DNA from: an archaeon | GTDB taxonomy: Archaea; Thermoproteota; Thermoprotei; Thermofilales; JAPDKD01 | NCBI GenBank assembly: GCA_029258735.1 | Contig: JAPDKD010000002.1 | Span: forward strand, 1-52,547 | Length of the DNA: 52,547 bases | Direction: 5' to 3' | Shown: positions 7,557-17,374 of the stretch, piece after piece | Layout: each line of letters begins with the position of its first letter | Numbering within the stretch: position 1 is the first letter of the stretch | Translations under genes and position numbers: made by a program | The notes under the pieces: generated by a model | Database searches by the model: none | What the model saw: the letters and a program-made list of their open reading frames with translations, nothing else | Told to the model about the DNA's origin: nothing

Positions 7557-9199
7557 GACCTTTGGCGAACGAGATAAAAAATGTCTGGATGACAACCTTT
7601 GAAGCAAAGCCCTTTGCAAAGGTTGGAGGACTAGGCGAAGTGCCACCAAACCTTTCCCGTGGACTAGTAAGCTTAGGAGTAAAAGCTACAATAATAATGC
7701 CGACGCACGGCACAGTTGAAGGACGCCCCCAGCTAGAGTTGGAAGGCTACGGCCCAGTTTACATTCGGGAGTGGAAGGGCGTCAAGTTCCTATTGGTTGG
7801 AGGCGGCCCGCTTTCAAGGCCAGGCGTATACGATCCGGCCAGCCTCAAAGAAAAGATATACGCCTTTTCGAAATGCGTTGAGCAATTACTTCTCAAACAT
7901 GAAAAACTAGGACTTGAAGCGCCAGATATAGTGCACTTCCACGATTGGCACAGTGTTTTCGCTCTTCTAAGGGCAAAAATAGTCCGTGAAGCAGAGAACC
8001 TGCCCGTAAAATTTGTTTACCACATACATTTGCTAACGCGGGAGAAGATCTCGCTGAACGATGTAGTACAGGCCGGCCTAAACCCAGAACGAGAACACGT
8101 CATCAGTTATAAGGGAAAGAAGCTAAAAGTCACTATTCGGGAAGCCATCGAAATGAGTAAAGGCTTAGCAGAACGCCTAGGCGCCTTAGAAGCCGACAAA
8201 TTCGTCACAGTAAGCAGGACATACTTGCGGGAAGATAAAGACGGCATATTAAACTCCTTAGGCTGGGATCTGGAAAATAAAGGCAGTTACGTATATAACG
8301 GAACAGACTGGCGCTACGAGTCCTCCCTAAAAGAAGTTCTGGAGAAGCACAGAGAAAAGGCCAAAGAATTTCTCGGCAAGGACGAGCTTGGGAGAAACGA
8401 CCTGAGGAGATACTTTCTCCTTAAAGCACTAGGTGAAATGTCGAAAGGCGAACCTAGAGTCTTAGATGAGAAATTGAAGAAAAATCTTGAGCAACTATAC
8501 GCACCCCCATATCTGCCAGATGGGAGGGTTGAAAGCTTCTCCGACGATGGCCCATTAGCCATAATGACTGGTCGAATAGCTGCACAAAAGGGTATCAACA
8601 TCCTACTGGAAGCTATTCCGCTCGTGCTTAGAAAAATAGGCAACGCAAAGTTCGTGCTCCTGCTACTTCCCGTATGGGGCTCCGAAGAATACCTTGAACC
8701 TCTCGTAGAAACGGTGAGAACCTATCCAGAAAATGTACGCGTAATATTCGGCATAGCCCCTAGCATATTCAAGCTAGCCCACGTATCGGCAGACGTTTTC
8801 GTAGCACCGTCCCTCTGGGAGCCCTTCGGAATAATGGCTCTGGAAGGAATGGTTACAGGAAATCCCATAGTAGCATCCAAGGTAGGAGGCCTAAAAGAAA
8901 TAGTACTAGATGTGAGGAAGCATGGCACTAGCGGCACCGGGATCCACGTTACACCGGGCGACCCAATCGAGCTCGCCCAAGCTATAAGTGACTTAATGCT
9001 CGTGATGGAAGCGTCCAGAACTGGAAGTACAATGATAGCCACCAAGATAGAAGACGCCGAGCTGGCTAACCTGCTGTTTACAAATCCGAAGATTGGAAAC
9101 GAGCTGAGAAAGTCGGCGATAAAGAGGGTAGAGCAGGAATTTACGTGGACCAAAGCGGCGGAGATGGCGCTTAATGTCTACCGCTCGATATGCAATTAG
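7553..9199 (+). CDS. glgA: Glycogen (starch) synthase, archaeal GT-B type
   Basis: N-terminal EAKPFAKVGGLGEVPPNL matches the K-x-GGL-x-(D/E)V motif. C-terminal PSLWEPFGIMALEGM carries the E-x7-E glycosyltransferase motif. The GTG start overlaps the GH57 stop (GTGA). Confidence 0.85.
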   Translation: MRPLANEIKNVWMTTFEAKPFAKVGGLGEVPPNLSRGLVSLGVKATIIMPTHGTVEGRPQLELEGYGPVYIREWKGVKFLLVGGGPLSRPGVYDPASLKEKIYAFSKCVEQLLLKHEKLGLEAPDIVHFHDWHSVFALLRAKIVREAENLPVKFVYHIHLLTREKISLNDVVQAGLNPEREHVISYKGKKLKVTIREAIEMSKGLAERLGALEADKFVTVSRTYLREDKDGILNSLGWDLENKGSYVYNGTDWRYESSLKEVLEKHREKAKEFLGKDELGRNDLRRYFLLKALGEMSKGEPRVLDEKLKKNLEQLYAPPYLPDGRVESFSDDGPLAIMTGRIAAQKGINILLEAIPLVLRKIGNAKFVLLLLPVWGSEEYLEPLVETVRTYPENVRVIFGIAPSIFKLAHVSADVFVAPSLWEPFGIMALEGMVTGNPIVASKVGGLKEIVLDVRKHGTSGTGIHVTPGDPIELAQAISDLMLVMEASRTGSTMIATKIEDAELANLLFTNPKIGNELRKSAIKRVEQEFTWTKAAEMALNVYRSICN

Positions 9200-10526
9200 C
9201 TCTGAGTTGCTTCAGAAGATTATTAAATGGCTGCCCAAGCAAAGGTGGTTTCCTAAAAAAGGCAGAATATCGATCGAAGAAGCCATAGAAATACCGGGCG
9301 AAAAAAATCTACTATTACTTCAGCTTAGCGTAGATGGAAGCGAAGTATTTCTACCTATAATATTGGATGAAGAAAAACCTGGAATAGAAGTATCGCTGAT
9401 TAAGGTCCAAGACAGATACATATACGAAGCCGAGTTCTCGGCATATTACTTTGAGAAGCTATTTAGAGACGAAATTGGAGTACTAGAAAAGAGGGGCTTT
9501 AAACCACTACCGCAGAAAATAGCTAGCATCGAAGCGCTAAGCAGATCTTCAACAAACAGGCTAATCAAACTAAACACGGACTTGGGCCCGCTGGTTGCAA
9601 AATGCTATAGAACGCTCAGCAGCGAAAATCAGGAACCGCTATTCCTTAGCTATCTTTCTGGAGAGTACACACCTGAAATCTACGCCTACTGGGAAGTGAA
9701 GGGAAAACCCATTGCAACGTTAATGGAATACGTGAAGATACTGGAAGATGCTGTAGCAGCCTTCTACAAAGCTGCACGCATCACCATTAAAAGAAAAAGG
9801 CTACAACTTCCACATGAACATGCAATTAGAGTTGCAAGATTCGTCGCAGGCTTCCACGAAAAAATGGCGGAATGCAGCAAAGCGTGGTGTAAGCCTGAAA
9901 AAATAAGCATCAATGACATAGTCGACTGGGAAAAAAGGATAGCCAGCTATGAAAACTTAATGCAGAGAGAATTAAGGGCTCTAAACGTACCTAGCATAGA
10001 GAGAAAAGCTGTAGCAAGAATAGACGAGGCAATTAAAATTCTTAAACAATATAGCGGGCTAATTAAAATTAGGACTCATCAAGATCTTCACTTGGGGCAG
10101 ATAGCAGTCACCCAAAACCGGCTATTTATCCTTGATTTTGAAGGCGAGCCTCTAAGAAAATATAGGGTCGAAAAGGAGCCCTGCCTTAGAGATATTGCTT
10201 GTCTCTTAAGAAGCCTAGTTTACATAGCATTCTTTGCGCATAAGGATTTTCTAAGAAAGTCCAATCAATCGGTGTTTAAAGCATTTATTCAAGGTAAGGC
10301 TGGGTTGATGAGCGAGTGGTATCAGGCCGTTTTTGATGTCATTTTAGAGTCATATTTAGAATCCTTAAGTATTGAGAAGGTGTTAGGTGAAAGTCTTGAA
10401 AAAGATGAAGTAAAAAACCTTTTATTACCATGGCTGGTTGAACGCAGCTGCTATGAGTTTGCGTATGAAGCTAAATACCGCCCCGAAAATAGGTTCATCC
10501 CTCTCTTAGGTCTAGTTACGTTTTAG
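9174..10526 (+). CDS. Maltokinase-like (Mak/Pep2-family) kinase, APH-fold
   Basis: N-terminal WLPKQRWF is present. The catalytic block THQDLHLGQIAVTQNRLFILDFEGEPLRKYRVEKEPCLRDIACLLRSLVYIAFF parallels the maltokinase motif H-G-D-x-H-L-G-Q ... D-F-E-G-E-P ... RD(V/I)A. It overlaps the glgA 3' end by 26 nt. Confidence 0.65.
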   Translation: MSTARYAISSELLQKIIKWLPKQRWFPKKGRISIEEAIEIPGEKNLLLLQLSVDGSEVFLPIILDEEKPGIEVSLIKVQDRYIYEAEFSAYYFEKLFRDEIGVLEKRGFKPLPQKIASIEALSRSSTNRLIKLNTDLGPLVAKCYRTLSSENQEPLFLSYLSGEYTPEIYAYWEVKGKPIATLMEYVKILEDAVAAFYKAARITIKRKRLQLPHEHAIRVARFVAGFHEKMAECSKAWCKPEKISINDIVDWEKRIASYENLMQRELRALNVPSIERKAVARIDEAIKILKQYSGLIKIRTHQDLHLGQIAVTQNRLFILDFEGEPLRKYRVEKEPCLRDIACLLRSLVYIAFFAHKDFLRKSNQSVFKAFIQGKAGLMSEWYQAVFDVILESYLESLSIEKVLGESLEKDEVKNLLLPWLVERSCYEFAYEAKYRPENRFIPLLGLVTF

Positions 10527-11688
10527 TTTGCTTGGTGAGAAGCCCTAGAGGCAGAGCTGAGCAGATGGAAGTTGCAGTACTGTATAAGAAGGCGACTCGT
10601 CGTCCATAGGCGTCCCAGAGGTATCCAACTGTACTGATTCCAAGTAAGAAGGCGAGACCAATGGCTATGTAGTACACTCCATAAGCAGTCCCCCTTAGCT
10701 CTTCAGGTACATATCGTGGAAGAACGGCTCTGGAGACGGTATCGTACATTCCCTGAAAAACTCCGAAAAGCAATGCTATAAGCACAGCATCCAGCCAGCT
10801 GCCCGTAGCGAAGACAAGAATAAACGACGTTAGTGAAAACATAAGAAAGGATAGTAGGAGAACCTTCTCTCTCCCCCATTTATCTGCAGCTATTCCTGAG
10901 GGGAAGCCGACCGCTGTGTGGGTAAGGTTTATCAGCATGTAAACTAGCGGCGCAGCAGCTAAGGGTATCCCAAGCTCCTGTGCGCGTACAATTACAAAGG
11001 AGAAGTTGTAGGCTCCTATATTGAAGATAACAAGCGATGCAAGAAGTAAGAGGAACGGTCCCCTAAGTATTTTAGAAGCTCCCTCAAGTATGCCACGCGG
11101 CTTTCTCTCTATTTTCACGTCTACCACGAAGAAAGCCAAAATAACTAAGGCTATAGCCGCTGGTATGAAAGATATAAGAAAAAGTGTTCGGGTGCCGTAA
11201 AGCGGCACTATAATAAAGGCTGTTAGGGGACCTAGAACAGCCCCGAGCTGGTCTAGTGTCCTATGTATGCCGAAGGCCTTTCCAGACTCCTTTTCCCTGA
11301 CAGACTGACTTATGAGCGCGTCTCTCGGCGAGGTGCGTATGCCCTTTCCCAGCCTATCCAAAGTCCTGACTATGAGCGCGTCCAGCCAAGTTTTCGCGAA
11401 CGCGAACATAGGCTTAGCAATGCCGGAGAATGCGTATCCAATAAATACGAAGATTTTTCTTTTGCCGAGCTTGTCCGACAGAACACCGCTTATTAGCCTA
11501 AACATGTAGTTCGTCATTTCAGCTATACCTTCCATGAGTCCCAAAGCAGCCCTAGTTGCGCCTAGTTCTTGAACAACGTATACTGGAAGAATGCCTAGAA
11601 TCATTTCTGTAGACACGTCAGTGAAGAAGCTGACAAATCCTAGAGCAAAGACGTTCCTATATCCAGGTCTCTTTCGCTCTTTCCCCAT
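10516..11688 (-). CDS. MFS-family transporter
   Basis: 390 aa with about 12 TM helices. The loop 2-3 motif GVLSDKLGKRK and the second-half motif GIAADKWGREK match the MFS D-R/K-x-G-R-R/K pattern. Confidence 0.8.
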   Translation of the reverse strand: MGKERKRPGYRNVFALGFVSFFTDVSTEMILGILPVYVVQELGATRAALGLMEGIAEMTNYMFRLISGVLSDKLGKRKIFVFIGYAFSGIAKPMFAFAKTWLDALIVRTLDRLGKGIRTSPRDALISQSVREKESGKAFGIHRTLDQLGAVLGPLTAFIIVPLYGTRTLFLISFIPAAIALVILAFFVVDVKIERKPRGILEGASKILRGPFLLLLASLVIFNIGAYNFSFVIVRAQELGIPLAAAPLVYMLINLTHTAVGFPSGIAADKWGREKVLLLSFLMFSLTSFILVFATGSWLDAVLIALLFGVFQGMYDTVSRAVLPRYVPEELRGTAYGVYYIAIGLAFLLGISTVGYLWDAYGRRVAFLYSTATSICSALPLGLLTKQTKT

Positions 11689-11733
11689 GTGTCTCCCTCT
11701 TAGCGAAAAGCGCCTTTATTCCTATATAGGTTC

Positions 11734-12444
11734 CTATGCTATTTTTGTTCCAAAGCCACTTCTGCTCGGGCTGTTATCATATACCTCAGTAACATTTATG
11801 ATATAAACAGGCCTATCGCGCCTATGTTCAGGAGGGGTATAATGATATGCATCGTGGATAAGCGTTACAAGTTCGTGATATTCTCCATCCATATGCACGT
11901 CTATTATTCCTCGAACCTCAAAACTTATCATTGGCGGCTGGAAGAATACTAGACAAGCATTTCTAGACCTTTGAACGATATTCCATGTGTGCTTTGAAGA
12001 CCACGGCAACCTCTTAGCCAGCTCCACCGTAGCGAGTTTCTCAAAATTAACAAATTTTTCGGCTTCGTTCTCGGGCTTATAAACGTACTTTAACATTAGT
12101 TTTAAGCCTTTAACCGAATGGTCTTCATAAAGCTTTCTCATAGCTTCCTTCTCTCCCTTTATTTTCTCGTAGACTTCGTCCGACGCCTTCATATGGTCTC
12201 TAAACTCCTTCAAAGCCTCCGAAAGGATTTCACGCTTTAAAACATAGCCTACACCTACAACCTTGCCATTTACTTCGATGCTGCCGTCGGAATTGACAGC
12301 AGCAGTGCAAAGCACTGGGTTATGTCGCGTGAACTCCAAGAAGAATTTGCTGGGATCACCTATCTCTCCCTTGAGCATCTGCTCAGCTAGGCGTCGACGC
12401 GGATAATAGTTCCACTTCAGAAACTTTTCGGGCAATTTAACCAA
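11734..12444 (-). CDS. Conserved-looking hypothetical cytoplasmic protein
   Basis: 236-aa ORF with ordinary composition. No motif that I can assign. Confidence 0.5.
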   Translation of the reverse strand: MVKLPEKFLKWNYYPRRRLAEQMLKGEIGDPSKFFLEFTRHNPVLCTAAVNSDGSIEVNGKVVGVGYVLKREILSEALKEFRDHMKASDEVYEKIKGEKEAMRKLYEDHSVKGLKLMLKYVYKPENEAEKFVNFEKLATVELAKRLPWSSKHTWNIVQRSRNACLVFFQPPMISFEVRGIIDVHMDGEYHELVTLIHDAYHYTPPEHRRDRPVYIINVTEVYDNSPSRSGFGTKIA

Positions 12445-12520
12445 GTTATTCCCCTCTCTTTTCCAGAAAACACATAGCAGAGGACGAAAATAAATATGAA
12501 ATATTTAATGTGAAAAAATG

Positions 12521-13402
12521 CTATTCTCTGCTGTTTGTAGCTTTGCGTTGTGGACGCGTTGGGTGATAAGGGTACGGTATGTATTCTATTCCAGGCCTTT
12601 GCACGAGAGCCTGCGGGTATAAGTCCATTAGTTGATAGATTTCTGGGGGTATTTCGTCCTTCACGGGTAGTCCAAGCTCTTTTGCTCTACGTACAGTTAT
12701 CGGGTAGTCATGAGTATACTTGCCGCTCACCAGTTCCTCGTAGATTCTTTCTGCCCCCTCTTTTCCGTACTTATCTTCGAGAAGCTCCATGATTATTTCT
12801 TTCATCTGGTTAAGCGACTTTTTAGCTATGTCGGCGAAAAGTAAAGTCTCGTCAGAAACCTTGTCCACTCCCTTTTCCTCCACAACCTTGAGAATGCTGG
12901 GAGCAGGCGCCGCGAAGCCGTCTTTAAGCGTTAACTGAGGATCCAAAGGTCCAAGCACTGCATGCGGGTCCATCCATATTTCATCCGCAGCAAGAGCAAT
13001 TAGAGTACCGCCTGACATGGCGTAATGAGGGATAACGACTATCTTTTTTGCTGGGTGGCTTTTTAACGCGAAGGCTATCTGACTTGCTGCCAGCACAAGT
13101 CCTCCCGGAGTATGTAGAATAAACATTATAGGAGTGTCAGGTGGCGTTGTTCGTATTGCACGCATTACAGCTTCGCTGTCTTCTATGTCAATAAACCTAT
13201 AGACGGGTATATTAAAGAAGCCCACCTTTTCTTGCCTATGAATCATAGTAATTACTCTGACCTTATACTTTCTTTCAATAAGTCTTATTAGGGAAGCTCT
13301 AGCGTTCTTAAGTGCTCTAAACTGGAGATGGGGCAACGCTAAGGTGAAGAAAATTAATAACCAGAAAAGTAAGGCAATAGGGTCAAAATAATATCCGTTC
13401 AT
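12521..13402 (-). CDS. Membrane-anchored ClpP-fold serine protease (SDH / DUF114 'serine dehydrogenase proteinase' family)
   Basis: N-terminal TM helix, then ITMIHRQE....IEDSEAVMRAIRTTPPDTPIMFILHTPGGLVLAASQIAFALKSHPAKKIVVIPHYAMSGGTLIALAADEIWMDPHAVLGPLDPQ. This is the typical block of that family. Confidence 0.75.
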   Translation of the reverse strand: MNGYYFDPIALLFWLLIFFTLALPHLQFRALKNARASLIRLIERKYKVRVITMIHRQEKVGFFNIPVYRFIDIEDSEAVMRAIRTTPPDTPIMFILHTPGGLVLAASQIAFALKSHPAKKIVVIPHYAMSGGTLIALAADEIWMDPHAVLGPLDPQLTLKDGFAAPAPSILKVVEEKGVDKVSDETLLFADIAKKSLNQMKEIIMELLEDKYGKEGAERIYEELVSGKYTHDYPITVRRAKELGLPVKDEIPPEIYQLMDLYPQALVQRPGIEYIPYPYHPTRPQRKATNSRE

Positions 13403-13445
13403 GTGCTTTCCCTCACTTATTACTTTATAGTATTTTTCATAAAGG

Positions 13446-14792
13446 TTACTTTACAGAAAAGTGCGGTCTCGATAATTTGGTGAGAATAGTCTTTAATAAA
13501 TCGGCCGGATAGTCTCCTAGGCCTAAAACCTTCACTTTACTTCGAGGCCATATAATGTCAGCTTCACGAGAAATCTCATAATAAACAGTATATTCGTCTC
13601 CCTTCATGTTTTCAGGCAATTTAGCGGACGCCTTCTCGCCCGGAAATAGCACAGCGCCAATTGCTACATCCTGTAGTTTGTCTCCTTCGGAAGTCTGCAC
13701 CGTGACCTGAAGCTTCTCCAGCTTTAATGGATACTGGGAGGTGTTTGTAAATGTAACAGTTCCTTCTTGCTGATTATATGTAGCTTCTAAATTCTTTTCC
13801 CACTTCATATGCAAACCGTAAATATTGAAGTAGGGTTTTGGAAAGCCGCTAACCTCCTCACTACCCCTAAACTTCGTGATCATCTGAATTCTATAGTCTA
13901 CGTCGTAGACTAGAATATACTTCTTAGAGTATTCTACCAGTACACCTTGATACTTCTTCCATTCTCCCTCTACATCTTTCACTTCAACGGTCACTAAACG
14001 ACCAATGGCGTTTTCTAATAACCCGTCATATTCGGTGCCTAAAGTTCCCAGAATCTTAGACTGCATATCTTGAAGTCTCTTAGATATATCAGTGCTAAGA
14101 GTTGTCGTCTGTATAGGTACACCTGGAATGGAGGTAGCCATAAGAGTTGACTGGAGCATTTGAGTAGAGGAAGAAAAGTAGCTTCCAACGCGGTCTTTCA
14201 CGTATGAAAGTGAATTAGAAAGCTTTCTCGAAGCTCTTAAATAAAACGGCGGATCGTATGCTACAGCAAGTTCCCTCCATATTTTTTTACGCTCTTCTTC
14301 TGAAAGAAGGTCTTTAAAGCGAAATATGCCGAAAACGTTGCTAAGCTCTGTAGAAAAAACTTTTCTCGAGACAAGCGAAGGCGGATACCAAGGATTAATT
14401 CTTAGTTCCTTCAAAGTAAAAGATTCTGGAAGAATATTCTTCTTCTTAAATTCTTTAATCAGCGTTTCCGCTTCTTCCAGGAATTTTTCATCCCCTGTTT
14501 CCTTATAGTTCTCATATAGAAACGCTAATAGAGAGACGGGATTTTCTATATTTTCCACATCAAAAAATATCTCAAATCCTCCGCCACTTCGAGGAAACGG
14601 GTGTAGCTTACCGAAGTATGCCTCGTTAGATAGTACAACTAGTACACTGTCTCCTGAGAACTTTTTAAGTACCCTATCTATCGTAAAATATTCAACTATG
14701 CCATAAAATAAAGAAACTATGAGTCCGAGAAGTATTATATAAAATAACGGCGCAAGATACTGCCAAATATCGAAAGCAAATACTTCCTGCAT
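13446..14792 (-). CDS. Hypothetical N-terminally anchored membrane protein
   Basis: 448-aa ORF with one TM helix (LAPLFYIILLGLIVSLFYGIV). It lies 43 nt downstream of, and co-oriented with, the double-HTH regulator gene. No family recognised. Confidence 0.5.
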   Translation of the reverse strand: MQEVFAFDIWQYLAPLFYIILLGLIVSLFYGIVEYFTIDRVLKKFSGDSVLVVLSNEAYFGKLHPFPRSGGGFEIFFDVENIENPVSLLAFLYENYKETGDEKFLEEAETLIKEFKKKNILPESFTLKELRINPWYPPSLVSRKVFSTELSNVFGIFRFKDLLSEEERKKIWRELAVAYDPPFYLRASRKLSNSLSYVKDRVGSYFSSSTQMLQSTLMATSIPGVPIQTTTLSTDISKRLQDMQSKILGTLGTEYDGLLENAIGRLVTVEVKDVEGEWKKYQGVLVEYSKKYILVYDVDYRIQMITKFRGSEEVSGFPKPYFNIYGLHMKWEKNLEATYNQQEGTVTFTNTSQYPLKLEKLQVTVQTSEGDKLQDVAIGAVLFPGEKASAKLPENMKGDEYTVYYEISREADIIWPRSKVKVLGLGDYPADLLKTILTKLSRPHFSVK

Positions 14793-14826
14793 ATCTATTA
14801 TTCTTTAGCTAGCCTATGAAAAAAAT

Positions 14827-15873
14827 TTATGGTGGAAATTCCCTAGGCGTAGTATCCGTTGATTCCTCCAGCTCATATAGTTGGGACTTCCAAGTCCACT
14901 CGCCGTTCTCAACGTACATCCAGTATTTTGGTATCCTCTTATAGACAACTGAAGAGTCCACGAGAAGTTCTCCATAGGGCATTTCAGCCTTCACTTTTTG
15001 AAGCACCTTGTATATATCCTCCTGTATGTTGCATGGAGGCTGACCCACAACTAACGCCTTATCGTTCTCTATAAAAGCATTGAAGAAGGAAGGTATTTTG
15101 ACTAATGCTCTTGCAGCCGACTTGGCCGCGTCTCCTCTGAAGTAATATACCCGTAAGGGCACTTCGCTGGGATCATAGAAGTATCCTACTGAGTTGCCTA
15201 TCCATGCTGGCTTAACATGACGTCGGACATGGTAGCTTATGGCCTGCACGGTGACTTTGGGGAATGTAGGATCGTCTTTCAGTGCCTTTTTAACAGCTCG
15301 GTAAGGTCTCATGAAGGCATCCACCATTCTGCCCTGAATTATAGCTAAGTCAATTTTATCAGGAGACCTTTTGTCAGGTGGCCACTTCTCCACTCTCCAG
15401 CTTAATGCATCGATTACATCAAATAGTTTACCGAAATCGGGTACAATACGTTTTTCCTCCGGTATGTACTTGTAGAATCCATCTTCGAAGTTCCACACAG
15501 AGTACTCGTAGCCACGAATAATCTCAACTATCTTCACGGTTTTTTCTAGTTCCTCTATGTATGTCTCAAAGTATGCTGTAGGAACAACTGCAACTATCAA
15601 GTACAGGGGCTTAAGACCGTACAGTTTTCTGACAGATAAAGTATATTGAGGCATCTTTCCAACTTTAAACGGCTCGGCCAATATGGCCAAAGGCAGAAGA
15701 TTCAACATTTTGTAGTTCACGCGGAAGTAAATTCTACCCCTCTGCTTAATACTTTCTACTATCCTCTTTACTGTTGATCTTGGTATTCTAGTTATTCGTG
15801 CAGCCTCTCCAATAGTCCAAGCGGCTGTTAATGATTTTGCTACCTCAAATTCCTTTTGACTTATTTTATTCAA
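14827..15873 (-). CDS. Double-HTH transcription regulator (paralog of 33953..35011)
   Basis: An N-terminal HTH (TIGEAARITRIPRSTVKRIVESIKQRG) is followed by a second AsnC-like HTH (PDKIDLAIIQGRM...ISYHVRRHV). It is collinear with the 33953..35011 product over the full length. Confidence 0.65.
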   Translation of the reverse strand: MNKISQKEFEVAKSLTAAWTIGEAARITRIPRSTVKRIVESIKQRGRIYFRVNYKMLNLLPLAILAEPFKVGKMPQYTLSVRKLYGLKPLYLIVAVVPTAYFETYIEELEKTVKIVEIIRGYEYSVWNFEDGFYKYIPEEKRIVPDFGKLFDVIDALSWRVEKWPPDKRSPDKIDLAIIQGRMVDAFMRPYRAVKKALKDDPTFPKVTVQAISYHVRRHVKPAWIGNSVGYFYDPSEVPLRVYYFRGDAAKSAARALVKIPSFFNAFIENDKALVVGQPPCNIQEDIYKVLQKVKAEMPYGELLVDSSVVYKRIPKYWMYVENGEWTWKSQLYELEESTDTTPREFPP

Positions 15874-15920
15874 ATGTACACACCACTATTCTTATAATAA
15901 TCTTATTAATATCTCTTTTT

Positions 15921-15962
15921 ATAGAATATTGCATGTGTATCTTTTTTTGAAGAATATTCTAT
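15921..15962. promoter_or_regulatory. 10-bp perfect inverted repeat ATAGAATATT-N22-AATATTCTAT in divergent promoter region
   Basis: The arms are at 15921-15930 and 15953-15962. They lie 48-90 nt upstream of the regulator gene start at 15873. Confidence 0.35.
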
Positions 15963-16206
15963 CTAGCTTTTACCATGACCTTCAAATATGATGAAAAAAG
16001 GGTCAAAATCTCTATATTTAACCTTTCAAGTTTGATTCTTCGGTAAAGCTAATTCTGAATTGTGTGATATTTGCTTTAAAGTAGCATCATATGTATAAAA
16101 CATGGTTCCTTCACATGTAGTCTCTGAGCACAAATTTTTCCCTATTCATTTTGCTTTTAACTCTTTAGATAATATTTATACATATGAGAAGCATTCTGGG
16201 CATAAT

Positions 16207-17091
16207 ATGCAAATTATGTTGAGTTTAACTCTAGTGATAGTAATGATACCAGTGGGCTTCTTAGCTGCATTAGTGGGCATAGGCGGAGGAACGATAATTG
16301 TGCCACTCCTAACCCTCTTTTTTGGCTTGCCAATAAAGGAAGCCGTGGCAATAAGCATAGTAACTGTAGTAGCTGCCGGAATAACAGGCGCCTCGAGATA
16401 CCTTAAGCAAAAAATCACGAATATTAGGCTTGGCCTATTTTTGGAAATGAGCACTACACTGGGAGCAATGGCAGGAGCCGTTCTCGCTCTCTCTCTGCCC
16501 TCCTTTGTACTATTTCTGCTTTTAGCAACCGTTTTAATATACGTAGGTCTTAACCAAATATACCGAGGAAAGAAGGAAAGAGAAATGATAAAGCACAGAG
16601 CCTACGAGAAAATACATGAAGATACTATAGCTAAAACCCTGAATCTTTCAGGAAAGTACTGGGATGCCGCTGAAAACGCCGAGATCAAATACAAAGTAAC
16701 CAACACTCTACAGGGCTTATTCGCTTCTATCACCGCCGGGCTCGCTTCGGGAATGCTGGGCATAGGAGGCGGCGTATTAAAAGTTCCAATAATGAACGAA
16801 GTAATGAAAATTCCAGTAAAAGTCGCTGTAGCAACAAGTAAGTTCATGATGTGCCTCACAGCCTCAGCCGCCGCCTTGGTATACATAAACGAAGGAAGAG
16901 TAAATCTACACCTTGCCTCGGCAACTGTATTAGGCATAATGATAGGTGAACTTATCGGAACACGTGTAATGAACAGAGTACACGCGGATAAGATAAAAAT
17001 GCTTTTAGGATTAGTGCTCGCCTATTTTGGATATCTTATGCTAGCAAAAGGTGTTTACCAATTTTCTGGAGTAAAACTGCCGGGTGCATAG
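16207..17091 (+). CDS. TauE/SafE (TSUP, DUF81) family anion exporter/permease
   Basis: Two internal repeats each start with a GIGGG motif: LVGIGGGTIIVPLL and MLGIGGGVLKVPIM. ATG at 16207 is preferred, because the upstream 35 codons are AT-rich leader sequence. Confidence 0.8.
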   Translation: MQIMLSLTLVIVMIPVGFLAALVGIGGGTIIVPLLTLFFGLPIKEAVAISIVTVVAAGITGASRYLKQKITNIRLGLFLEMSTTLGAMAGAVLALSLPSFVLFLLLATVLIYVGLNQIYRGKKEREMIKHRAYEKIHEDTIAKTLNLSGKYWDAAENAEIKYKVTNTLQGLFASITAGLASGMLGIGGGVLKVPIMNEVMKIPVKVAVATSKFMMCLTASAAALVYINEGRVNLHLASATVLGIMIGELIGTRVMNRVHADKIKMLLGLVLAYFGYLMLAKGVYQFSGVKLPGA

Positions 17092-17092
17092 G

Positions 17093-17368
17093 ATGAACCT
17101 AGAAGATATTGCGTGTAAAGGCCTAACCTTGGGATTAACAATTTCACTTATCATCTTGACATTAGGTTTCTTTTTTGCATATATAGTCCACAGCAGTCCG
17201 CTAACCGCCATCCTATTTTATGCTGGGATAATGATACTAGTTACAACCCCCGTAATCATGATAACGGGGCTTTTAATAGTTTTTATAAAAATGAGAGAAA
17301 AATACATGTCTCTAATCACATTAACAGTAATAATTATAATTATAATTAGCGGATTATTAAAAAGATGA
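17093..17368 (+). CDS. Small 3-TM membrane protein, DUF1634-like partner of TauE
   Basis: It starts 2 nt after the TauE stop. It is very hydrophobic and about 91 aa long. The DUF1634 assignment rests on position and size only. Confidence 0.5.
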   Translation: MNLEDIACKGLTLGLTISLIILTLGFFFAYIVHSSPLTAILFYAGIMILVTTPVIMITGLLIVFIKMREKYMSLITLTVIIIIIISGLLKR

Positions 17369-17374
17369 TAGAAT

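Noticed and set aside
16102-16206. N-terminal 35 codons of the track ORF for the TauE gene
   Set aside because: This is AT-rich leader sequence with no hydrophobic character. The family-typical first TM helix begins right after the internal ATG at 16207.
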